IMG/VR virus record: IMGVR_UViG_2061766007_001878
DNA from: an uncultured virus (IMG/VR IMGVR_UViG_2061766007_001878)
Lineage: Duplodnaviria > Heunggongvirae > Uroviricota > Caudoviricetes
Direction: 5' to 3' (one strand)
DNA: 20,000 nt
Shown: positions 1 through 9,562 of the stretch, piece after piece
Layout of the letters: every line of letters begins with the position of its first letter
How positions within the stretch are numbered: position 1 is the first letter of the stretch
The notes under the pieces: model-generated
Seen by the model: the letters and a program-made list of their open reading frames with translations, nothing else
The model's database searches: none
Told to the model about the DNA's origin: nothing
Translations under genes and position numbers: made by a program

Positions 1-1
1 T

Positions 2-3000
2 TCGTTCGATGACAAAGCAAACCTCATCGCCAACCTGATGAACGACGGGAATCTTGAAAAAACCATCAACCTCATGATGAACGGCGCGTTCGGCGACATG
101 GAGGGAAGTGTCCAGTTGGATGCAAAGGATAAGGCTGTTATCGAGGCTCAGGAGAAGGCGAACGAGCTTCTGGATGACATCAAGGCTGGTCTGTACGACA
201 TGATTCCTAAGTCGATTGCATCGCAGGCTACTTATTACAGCAAGATGATTGGAAGTCTGACGAAGGGGTTGGCTTCGTTGCTCCAACTTTATATCATTAA
301 CAAGAATGTGGCGTTGATTGCTGGTAAGAAAGCTATTGGTGGTGTAAAGGATTTGTTCAGAAGAGCACCAGGAACATCATCTTCTTTAACGCATAGAGCA
401 AATGGAGGCATGGCTCTTGCTGGTAATGCTATAGGAGTTGGTCTTTTAGCAGAAGCAGTTACAATTGCCATTTCCAAAGGATTTGATTTATATGCTAAAT
501 CTAAGGCTAAAAAAGAACAAGGAGAATATAGACGAAATAAACAAGAAAATTTAACAAAATATGGAAATACTGTTGGATATGCTGGCACGTTTGAAAAAGC
601 CAAAGGAGGTGCTGAATCTTGGGAGGCAGCATCTAAGGCGGCTTTTGCTTTTGGTACTGGTGTTGCGGCAGNNNNNNNNNNNNNNNNNNNNNNNNNNNNN
701 NNNNNNNNNNNNNNNNNNNNNNNNNNNNNNNNNNNNNNNNNNNNNNNNNNNNNNNNNNNNNNNNTTGAAAGCAAACAATGCTTTTGTTGAAACAAAAAAA
801 AGAGATGGTGGAATCTTTAATCCTGCAACATGGGATTGGGCTGGTGGAAGTGACCATAAAATCGTTAAAGGAAGAATGGCTGAACAACGCAGTGCCAATT
901 ATGCAAAGGTACTTGAACGGCTTGATAAAAATGCTGAAAAAAGAGGAAACAAGTCAAGCAAAGGTATGTTGAAAGAGCTTGTTGCGTTAAATAAGCACGT
1001 TAAAGCCATAGAAATGGCTTCAAAAGGCAAATTTACTGCGTTTGATGAAAATAGTCTGAAAGCCAGTATGTCATTGATGAAGCAATTTTCTACTGTTGGT
1101 GGAACAAATGAACAATATCGAAACGTGAAGAATTCGGCTTTTGCTGAAAACAGGAGAGCATATGCCACTAGCATGAATATATTTAGCGATAGACGTTCAA
1201 GAATTATGAACGATGATAGAATGGGTACAGAGGCTAAAGCCAATGCTTTGTATAAAGTCATAGAAGAAGAAACCAAGATGCATGAGAAATTCATCAGTAA
1301 TCTTGATAATGTAATTAATACTCTTGGAAATGCACCTTCTATTATTGTGAATAATCTTAGACAGGAAATTCACAAGGCTTTTGCTGATTTCAATAATGCT
1401 GGTTTTGCTGGAAGTGATGCTTTGCAATTATATGAGGCAATGCAAGATGTTAATGGTTCTAGGGAAAATATGTCTAATCTTATGCAAGACCATCGAAGCA
1501 ATCTTGAAAATATTACAAATACTATTAATACTGTTCAAGCATATCAGAAAAACAATGAGGCTGAGTTTGAAAGAATAAAACAAGAAACAGGTATAAGCGG
1601 TGAACAAGAAGCTATATCAATTCGTGATGACGTGATGAGAAAAAATGCTGATGTGCTTGGAGACATGGTGGATTTGAAAGTGGATTTATCTTCAATTCAA
1701 GACCTTGCTAATGAGATGTATAATGCCTCGGAGAATCAAAAAGGGCAATCAGAAGGCGATAAAAACGCTGCTGATAAAGCCAGAGCAAATGCGTCATTGC
1801 GTGTGGAACAATTAAGTCAATTGAAAAAATACGCTATTGATACAGGCAATGATGATATGAGGGAGGAAATTGATAAACTGATAAAAGGATGGGAGCAAAT
1901 TTTAAATGATGAAACTTTAACCAATAAAGATGTTGTAAATATAGCTGCCCGTGACCACACCATTGCATCATACTTGCAAGATTTAATTAATCAAATGGAA
2001 GAAAGAAAAGGGCAGATGTCTGATGAAGACCAAAAGACAATGGCTGATGCTCAGAAGATAATCATGGCATCAAAAGCAATGTCTAGCGCAAATGATATGA
2101 AAGTTGCTTATGAAACAGCTCTTCATAAGGAAAACATGCGCTTTATTGAAGAAATGCAGAAACAGCTTAATAAAATTATTTCTTCAATGAAAAATGTTTT
2201 GGAAAGTTCTAGTGTTCAGCTTGCCAAAATTGTAAAAGACATTTTTGAAAAGTCACAGGAATTCAATGCGTTTGGAGGGGCAGATGCTGTTTTCAAAACA
2301 ATGAATGCATCGCTTGATGAATTGGAAGCTACTGCAAAGGCTCTTAATAATGCAGAAGAGTTATTAAAAAATAATAATAACGGTGAAGATGTATTTTCAA
2401 AAGGTTTTGATGAATTGATTAAAAAACAGCAAGAAGCTATTGCTGAAGAAGAAAGACAATTATATGGAAATGAAACGGAAAAGAAGACTCTTGATGTTGC
2501 AATAGACATATTGAAAGCCATAAAGAAGAAAAATATAGAAGAAGAAGCAAACAAAAAGAAAGAAGATATAGAAAATGAAGCGCGTGTCGATACAGTTACA
2601 GTTGAAGGAAACACAGGAACTGTTCTGCGGGATTTTACAAATACTACTTTATTTAATTCTGATGCTCAAAGATTAGGTTTTTCTAGTACAGAAGAAATGA
2701 ATGGATTAAGCTCTGAAAAATTTGGGGAAAAAATACTTGACAAGGTAGAAGAGCATATTAAATCTGTAATGGAGGGACAAGATTTAAAATTATCTGACTA
2801 TAATGTTACTTCAAATGAACAGATAAAAAAAGCATTTGCAGAATCGCAAAAGAAAAATGTAAAACTTGATTACGATACATTTGTTAAACAATATGTTCTT
2901 AAAAAATTTAGTGAACAATTTGTCGGTACTATGAATAATAGTAATGCGACTAATGATGCTAAGTTAAGGAATATGAGTATAGAAGACCAAGTAAGTGATG

Positions 3001-5831
3001 TTAGTAAGACATTATATGGTGGTTTGAGTAAACGCAGAAAAATAAATGAAACTAAAGATAAACGTCTAGAAGAAGCAGAGAATGAAAGAAAGAAAAAAGA
3101 AGCCAATGTTGATGAAGAGGCAAAAAAGGAAGCCACTGAAAGAGAAAAAGCTTTAAAACAAAAACAAAATGACCTTGAAGCTTTTAAAGATGTTGGAAAA
3201 GCAACACAAGTTTTAAAAGCACTTAGACGCAAGCAACTTGAGTCAGTTCATACTGGTGTTGGTCTTACAGATGAAGAAAAGAAACAAATGCAGGCATCAG
3301 AAGATAAAATTCGCGATGTTCTTAAAAGCAATAATGTATCTGAGACCATGAAAAATGAAATCAGTTCAATGTTGGCTGAACAATCCGCCGAGAATCAAGC
3401 TGCCAAGGAATACTACGATAAGGAAGCCCAGTTCAAACAGCAGTTCATGACGGTATTCAACAACATTCCTAAGATGTTGGATGCGGTTATCATGACTGGT
3501 AGGAACATTGCCTTGACCGCCAAGCAAGGTGCGCTTGAATCGAAGCAGACGTATACCAATAAATACGGAAGCGTCGAGGAAGCCATCAACATGCGTGGCG
3601 ATGTCATGAGCAACGCCGAGGAAGTGATGAAGAGCAAGATGGCTACCGTCAACAGCAGTGAGACCGTCAAGGCAGCGCAGGAGGCGAAGAAGCGTGCGAT
3701 GGAGATTGCGCGTTCACGACAGGAAAGCGGTAACATGTCGGCAGAGCAGTTGAAGAACTTCGAGATAAGCCTCGACCAGCAGATTATCAAAGCCAAGTAC
3801 GATGCCGAGTTGAAGATAAAGGACGAGTACATCAACAGTATCCAAAAGGCGGTGCAGGTTTCTATTGATGCGATAAACCGCTACACTGAAGGATTGAGCA
3901 TCCAGAAAGACTTGTTCGAGACCATCGGTGCCCCATTTGAATACATTTTGGATATTGAGCAGGAGATGGTCAGAAGCGCGAAGGCTGAAGCCGAGGTGCA
4001 GGAGGAATTGCTTGCTAAAATGGAAAAAAGTGGCACTACTGGTGCGGTTCTTGAAGAACAGAAGCTGAAGGTCATGAAGGCGAATGCTGCGGTGGTCAAG
4101 GCTACGTTCGGAGCACAGCGTGATGCCCTTGACAAGTTGCTCGGAAAGATGATGGGCGGATTCGAGCAGATTGGTGGCATCTTTGGTCCCGACAGCGACT
4201 TTATGAAGGCACGCAAGGCTGGTCAGGGGTTCACACAGCTTCCTTCTGGCATGATTTCCGCGTCTGGCGGTACGGTCACGGATTATGCGAACCGCGTTCA
4301 GGGGCTTGGACTGGCGGCGAAAATGGGTCGTGGGGACTCTGTGCTGACCAGAGGCATGCTTCCGAACGGTTTGGGTGGCATGTTTAATTCTGGCGGTGCT
4401 GGGACAGGGGAAGCCAAGACCGAGGAACAGGCTTCAACAGAAGTCAAGACCGAGGAAGAGCAACTTGCTGTGGAAGAAGCTAAAAATGAAGGAACCACGG
4501 CTGAGGCGAAGGCTGATGAAAAGATTGCTCCTGCTGGAAAACCAGTTCCTTTTGGCGGAATGGGGATTGAGGATGCACTCAAGCAATCTCTTGAACAATC
4601 TGCATTTGGAGTGGAACAGGAGAAGAAGGAGGAATCCACGACCGACAAGCTCCTTGCTTCGATTCTTGAAGATACGCACACCATCGTCAAGGGATTCGGT
4701 CTTGAAACCAAGAAGGAAGGCGGGGCGAAGGACGAAGTGAGCAGTGCCGTGCAGGAGACGACCGAGGCTCTTGCTGATGCAACGAAAGAAGCTGTCGTGG
4801 AGACTACGGCTGGCACTTCTACGGAACCGCAGGCGAATATCCCAGCACAGGAGGAGACAGTCAAGACTCCTACTAAGGAGGATGAAGTCAAGGCTCTCCA
4901 ACAGACTATTAATGACAATTACGGTATCGCAGAAAGGACTGGCGAGGCTGAGATGACTGAGGAACAGATTGCCAAGGTCGCCGAGGCGAAAGACCAGCTC
5001 GCTGGAAAGAAGATAGACGAGATGGTGGAAGCCAGTACGAAGAAGGAGCCTGCCACTGTCAAGGAGGAGATGGAGAAGACAAACGACATTCAATCCAAGA
5101 TGCTTCAATACGTTCAGATGATTGCCTCGTATGTCTGTGGAGGGAAGATAGGCGAAACTACTGGCGAGCAGGCTACCGAGCAATCCGTGAAGGAGCAGGC
5201 GGTCGCTGCTGAAAAGCAGGCTGATGCGACGGAGCAACTGGTGCAACAGAGTGAAACGACCGTGAAGCAGAACGACGAGGCGTTGAAGCAGAACGAAGAC
5301 ATAAAAACGCAGAGTGAAAAGACCGCCGAACAGGGAGAAGCCACGGCGAAAGCCATATTAGATTCGTCGGACAGTTCCAATGTGAAGACTGAGCAGGCTA
5401 CGGAAGCTGGAACACAGCAAGCCAACGCCGTCAATACTGGCGTTGCCCCTGCCCCCGCCACGGGCGTGGTGCCTGTCGCGACCGAGGTGGCTGGTGCCGA
5501 GAAGGAGCCTGATGCCGTGCACGAGGGCAACAAGGCGATGGAGCGTGCGGTATATGGACTCAGCGCACTTGAAGCCCAGACCAGAAATCAGGTGGCGAAC
5601 GTGCAGGAGCCTATCTCCCCGTCCAAAAAGACCGAAGGCGGGGAAGGTCAGCCAGCGATGAAAGCCACGGTTGACGTGAACGTGAAGGTGGATGCTGGTA
5701 AGCTGACGGAATTCTTCTTGGCGCAGGCGAAGGCGATGATAAATCAGACAGTCGGCGAAGGCGTGCGTGATGAGCTGAAGAAACCGTCCAATGGCTTGAA
5801 CAGACCAAAGACTCATGGAGTGACCGCATAA
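2..5831 (+). CDS. Very large alpha-helical/coiled-coil protein, probable phage tail tape-measure-like protein (5'-truncated; interrupted by N gap 672-764)
   Basis: The frame of ORF 38..790 is open from base 2 to the gap, and ORF 561..5831 is open from the gap to TAA 5829-5831. The frame offset across an estimated-length gap is probably an artefact, giving >1,900 aa. It is rich in A/E/K/Q heptads and has Gly/Ala hydrophobic patches (GGMALAGNAIGVGLLA). The C-terminal 'VDVNVKVDAGKL' resembles tape-measure C-termini. Function is inferred from size and composition. Confidence 0.6.
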
Positions 5832-5934
5832 TTATATATAAGGTATAGGCGATTCTTCATGAAAATTTTTTATTTCCAAAGGAGCGGAATGAAAAAGAAA
5901 AAATCATGTCATATTACAGGTGTTGATTGAAAAA

Positions 5935-5952
5935 TGACTTTTGGAAAAGTCA
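5935..5952. promoter_or_regulatory. Perfect inverted repeat TGACTTTT-GG-AAAAGTCA (candidate operator)
   Basis: 8-bp arms with a 2-nt spacer, too tight for an RNA terminator, in the intergenic region upstream of the SSB-recA operon. Confidence 0.4.
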
Positions 5953-6027
5953 AACAAAAAAGAAAAAATATTTCATCGAAAAAAGAAAATCGATGCCATA
6001 TTAAAGTGTCAATCAAAAAGATTTTAA

Positions 6028-6150
6028 TGCCACGCGCAAAAGGAAGGCGCACGGCAAAGAAATAAAAACCGAGCCGAAGACCTCATAAAGGAATGGGGTC
6101 GGGATGATGCTCAAAGAAACAAAAACAAACAAAAGAAAGGAAAAAGAAAA
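6028..6150 (+). promoter_or_regulatory. Structured leader plus A-rich unstructured tract upstream of the SSB (candidate translational autoregulatory operator)
   Basis: Stems TGCC..GCGC/GCGC..GGCA (6028-6056) and GACCTCAT/ATGGGGTC (6079-6100), then 38 nt with no T (6113-6150) that contain the AAGGA RBS. Confidence 0.45.
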
Positions 6151-7014
6151 ATGAGTGAAAATTCCCTCTCAAGACATGGTGCCGACGCACTGAAGAAATT
6201 CGAAACCACAAGCAACTCCTCAGAATTCACGAAGGATAACATTTGGTTCGACTGGGGCAACAAGGAAGAGCATGTCATCCGTATTGTTGGTGACTTCCGC
6301 ATCTCCCGCTCCCACTGGATTGGCGAAAGCAAGTTCGGCAACGACGTGGCTCTGCTTAATTCAGAAGCCTTCAAAGGCGACAAGAAACTCCCGATGACCG
6401 TCGCCTGCGGTAACTGGGATGCAGAATCCGAAACAGAAGACCCTGACGGCAATGCCTGCCCTGTCTGCCGTCTTGGTAAGAATGCCGACTTGATGCTGAA
6501 AAAGTATGGCAAAGAACTGGTCGAGACTGAAAAAGAGAAATTCAAAGCCATCCGCAGAAAGTGCCAGGCTAAGAGCCAGTACCTCTTCAAAATCATCGAC
6601 CGCGACAATCCTTACGTCGATGAGGAAAAGACCCGCAAGGGCTACAAGATTCTCCGTGCCCCTGAAAAGCTGTTGAAGGCTATTCTCGCCCTTTCCGACA
6701 GCATGGAAGGCATCGCCATCACTTCGCCAGATGAAGGAATCGACATCAAAATCAAGAAGACCGTTTCCGACAAGACGAAGACCGACGTGACTTATAGCGC
6801 ATTGGCTGTCATGGCTGGCGCGAAGGTCAAGCAGACTCCTTTGACAGATGAGGAAAAGGAATACCGCGACCTCGACTTGCTCAAGTTCGTCGGCAAGCCC
6901 GTTGACAAGGAGCGTTTCGAGGAAATGCTGTCGGACAAGAATTCCGTCCGCACGATTTATGAAAACGCCGACATTGACGCAGGCGATGACGAAGGCGGAA
7001 ACGCCCCGTTCTAA
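6151..7014 (+). CDS. Phage single-stranded DNA-binding protein, T4 gp32-like
   Basis: 287 aa. Has 'VIRIVG', a His...Cys...CPVC Zn-ligand pattern (SHW, VACG, ACPVC), 'YLFKIIDRD', 'EGIDIKIKK', and an acidic C-terminal tail ending in PF (DAGDDEGGNAPF). It lies directly upstream of recA. Confidence 0.8.
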   Translation: MSENSLSRHGADALKKFETTSNSSEFTKDNIWFDWGNKEEHVIRIVGDFRISRSHWIGESKFGNDVALLNSEAFKGDKKLPMTVACGNWDAESETEDPDGNACPVCRLGKNADLMLKKYGKELVETEKEKFKAIRRKCQAKSQYLFKIIDRDNPYVDEEKTRKGYKILRAPEKLLKAILALSDSMEGIAITSPDEGIDIKIKKTVSDKTKTDVTYSALAVMAGAKVKQTPLTDEEKEYRDLDLLKFVGKPVDKERFEEMLSDKNSVRTIYENADIDAGDDEGGNAPF

Positions 7015-7044
7015 GTCTCCAAAGACATCAAGTTTGGCTGATGC

Positions 7045-7080
7045 AAGCCCATGTGAGGAACAATTCCAATCATGGGCTTT
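7045..7080 (+). terminator. Stem-loop between SSB and recA (weak terminator or mRNA stabiliser)
   Basis: AAGCCCATG (7045-7053) pairs with CATGGGCTT (7071-7079). Only a short T run follows. Confidence 0.4.
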
Positions 7081-7112
7081 AATGGAAGAATTTTAAAAAG
7101 GAGATTTGGAAT

Positions 7113-7823
7113 ATGGCGAAAAAATTAGATGAATTGCTGAAAGGCAAGAAGGCAAGTGCTCCTGTCAATGCGAAGATGGCGAAAATCGCCGAGGCGTGCG
7201 CAATGCTTCAGAAGAAATTTGGTAAGGAAAGTGTCAATTTCCTTGGCAATAAGAAAGCGGAGCCATTGCCTCGTTTTTCAAGCGGTAGCATTGCGCTTGA
7301 CAAGATTCTCGGCGGTGGCTATCCAGAAGGTCGTATGATTGAAATCTTTGGACCAGCCTCCTCTGGTAAGACGACTATCTGTTATCATGCTCTTGCATCC
7401 ATTCAGAAGAAGTACCCTGACGACTGGTGCGGATTCGTGGATTCGGAGCAGTCTTTCGACCCGATTTATGCGGAATCCATCGGCGTGAACGTGGCTGAAC
7501 TCGTCACGGCACAGCCTGACACTGGTACGGATGCCTTCGGCATGGTTCAGGGCATGATTGAGTCTGGAGCGAAGGCGATTGTCATCGATTCCGTTGCCGC
7601 CATGATGCCAAAGGAAGAGGCAGAAGAGGAAGACTACGGGCATAATTCCATCGGTGCGCAAGCCCGAATGATGTCCAAAGGTCTTCGTAAGCTCACCGCA
7701 ATCGCTGGTAAGCACAAATGCACCTTGATATTTACTAATCAAATTCGTAATAAGATAGGTGTTATGTACGGTTCGCCCGAATGTGTGACGCTTGATACGA
7801 TGGTTGAAGTTGAATTTGAATAA
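7113..7823 (+). CDS. recA: RecA N-terminal half (223 aa extein) fused to a 13-aa split-intein N-fragment
   Basis: Walker A GPASSGKT, FVDSEQ, Walker B IVIDSVAA, QARMMSKGLRKL and LIFTNQIRNKIGVMYGSPE, then an abrupt switch to CVTLDTMVEVEFE-stop. AGGAG RBS lies upstream. Confidence 0.95.
   Translation: MAKKLDELLKGKKASAPVNAKMAKIAEACAMLQKKFGKESVNFLGNKKAEPLPRFSSGSIALDKILGGGYPEGRMIEIFGPASSGKTTICYHALASIQKKYPDDWCGFVDSEQSFDPIYAESIGVNVAELVTAQPDTGTDAFGMVQGMIESGAKAIVIDSVAAMMPKEEAEEEDYGHNSIGAQARMMSKGLRKLTAIAGKHKCTLIFTNQIRNKIGVMYGSPECVTLDTMVEVEFE
7782..7820 (+). mobile_element. Split intein N-fragment (IntN, block A only, 13 aa)
   Basis: Starts with Cys exactly after RecA ...GSPE. CVTLDTMV fits the block A pattern C-h-x-x-D-T-x-V. 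TAA follows at 7821-7823. Confidence 0.9.
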
Positions 7824-7835
7824 AAGTTTAACTTT

Positions 7836-7888
7836 TTGCTTATACTTCCAGTTATAGTATAAAATAACTATAACTGGAGGAATAGCAA
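7836..7888 (+). promoter_or_regulatory. RBS-sequestering hairpin with a TATAAAATA promoter-like element at its loop, upstream of the homing endonuclease
   Basis: CTTCCAGTTATAGT (7845-7858) pairs with ACTATAACTGGAGG (7867-7880) over 14 bp with one G-U, burying the GGAGG RBS. It can be extended imperfectly to the A of the ATG at 7888. Confidence 0.8.
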
Positions 7889-9240
7889 TGATTTTTTACT
7901 TTTATAAAATAACAAATCAAATCAACGGAAAGTATTACTTTGGTGTACATAGTACAAACAATATAAATGATGGCTACATGGGAAGTGGAGTCGCATTGAA
8001 ACGAGCATATAAAAAGTATGGGATTGGAAATTTTATCAAGGAAATTTTGTATTATTTTGACAATGCAGAAGAAATGTATGCGTTTGAAGAACAATATGTG
8101 AATGATGAACTTGTAAATGATTCTCAATGCTATAACATGGTAATTGGTGGTAGAAGTAAAAATACATCGATGCATTTGGGAAAATTGGCAAGTATTGCTT
8201 CTTCAAGAGAAGATGTAATTGCCAAAAGAAAAGAAAGCATTTATTTGTATTGGCATACAGGTGATGTAGAGGAGAAAAGGAGAAAGCAATCCGAAGGGAA
8301 TAAACGATATTGGACTACTGGTGATGTTGAAGCAAAAAAGCAACATCACTCAGAAGTTCAAAAAAGAAGTTATCAAGAACATCCTGAACGAAGAGAACGG
8401 ATACTTGCAAGATTAAAAGAAAGATATTCTGGTGAAGAAGGTGTGAAAACTCGTCGCAAGATAAGTGAATCACTTCGGAATAGTGAAGCTCATAAAGAAG
8501 CAATAATAAAATTAAAGGAAACTGCAAAAAGAGGAAAAGAAACAGCGGAATTCATTGTTCATTGGAAATCATTGTATGACCAAGATTCAGAAGAAATCTG
8601 TGAATTACTGAAACATTCCAATTTGCCAGAACGTTTTATTGTTGAAAAGCTTTATGGAAAGAAAGTTCATTTAGACCGATTGCTTTCTTATTATCATGAT
8701 GTCGGATTGTTGCCAGATGCCATTGATTCTGAAATCAAAACAAGATTTTTGAGATTGGATGATACAAATGGAAAAGGTCATAAAGACGGTACAAGTTTGA
8801 AAACTTTTTATACGAATGAATTGAAATACGATGTTTCTTTTTATTATGATGATTTTTTCAATCAATTTGAAATAATAAAGAAATTTATGCTTGATGATTC
8901 TATATCAGATAGTATGATTTTCAATAATGATGAGAACAGTAAACTCGTTCCAAATTTCAAACAAGTTGTTGAATATTTTCAGGATTTAGGAATTGTTTCC
9001 AATGTGCATGTCATATTAATACGAACACCAAAGACGGTACAAGGCAAGCATTTTACAGTGCCTGCCAAAAAAACCAAGTTTGATATTGATTACAAAGGTG
9101 TAAACAAAAAAATTCTAATTGACAAGGAGATGAATGAGTATGGAATTGATGACAATGGAAAAGCTTTTCGAAAAGGCAGGTTTGAACTGGAAATTAATGG
9201 AACAAAACGTTCCATACGATGTCAGTGGCAAAAACATTAA
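7888..9240 (+). CDS. Free-standing GIY-YIG homing endonuclease (T4 Seg-like) between the two split-intein halves
   Basis: The N-terminal YFYKITNQINGKYYFGVH..GYMGSG..LKRAYKKYGIGNFIKEIL..E..YN matches the Seg-type GIY-YIG domain. It is followed by basic helical repeats (YWxTGDVExK twice, 20-aa period). It is visibly AT-richer than the recA exteins. Confidence 0.9.
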   Translation: MIFYFYKITNQINGKYYFGVHSTNNINDGYMGSGVALKRAYKKYGIGNFIKEILYYFDNAEEMYAFEEQYVNDELVNDSQCYNMVIGGRSKNTSMHLGKLASIASSREDVIAKRKESIYLYWHTGDVEEKRRKQSEGNKRYWTTGDVEAKKQHHSEVQKRSYQEHPERRERILARLKERYSGEEGVKTRRKISESLRNSEAHKEAIIKLKETAKRGKETAEFIVHWKSLYDQDSEEICELLKHSNLPERFIVEKLYGKKVHLDRLLSYYHDVGLLPDAIDSEIKTRFLRLDDTNGKGHKDGTSLKTFYTNELKYDVSFYYDDFFNQFEIIKKFMLDDSISDSMIFNNDENSKLVPNFKQVVEYFQDLGIVSNVHVILIRTPKTVQGKHFTVPAKKTKFDIDYKGVNKKILIDKEMNEYGIDDNGKAFRKGRFELEINGTKRSIRCQWQKH

Positions 9241-9562
9241 GATTAAAAGTTTCAATCATCAGACAAATCAGAATGAAATGAAACGAATTTTGAACCTTGT
9301 TTATAAAGGTGATTATCCTATTTATAATCTTGTTGATAAACAGGGAGATATATTGCTGAAATGCTCTGGTGCTCATAGAATTTGGGATAATGCTACGGCA
9401 CAATATTATCATGTCCAAGATATTGAAGGCGGTACGGCTTTGACAAAGGCTGGTGAAAATGTTGAATTTTTTGTAAAACAAACAAAAGAAACTCATCCGA
9501 TTGTCGATATGGAAGTGGAAGGAAACTCCAATTATTTTACAAACGGAATTCTTTCGCATAAC
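9134..9562 (+). mobile_element. Split intein C-fragment (IntC; blocks B, F, G; no internal endonuclease)
   Basis: Ends with His-Asn (9557-9562), followed by the Thr +1 nucleophile (9563-9565). It lacks the N-terminal Cys and block A, which IntN supplies. Confidence 0.9.

Noticed and set aside
561..790. Programmed frameshift or two separate genes at the start of the large ORF
   Set aside because: The frame change coincides with an N gap of estimated length, so it cannot be interpreted.
7113..7823. recA pseudogene truncated by an insertion
   Set aside because: All catalytic motifs are intact in both halves, and the break is bounded precisely by intein Cys1 and His-Asn/Thr.
7824..9133. Group I intron carrying the endonuclease and rejoining recA at RNA level
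   Set aside because: There are only 64 nt of non-coding sequence upstream and none downstream, since the ORFs overlap, so there is no room for a ribozyme core. Both halves carry intein motifs and IntC has its own RBS.
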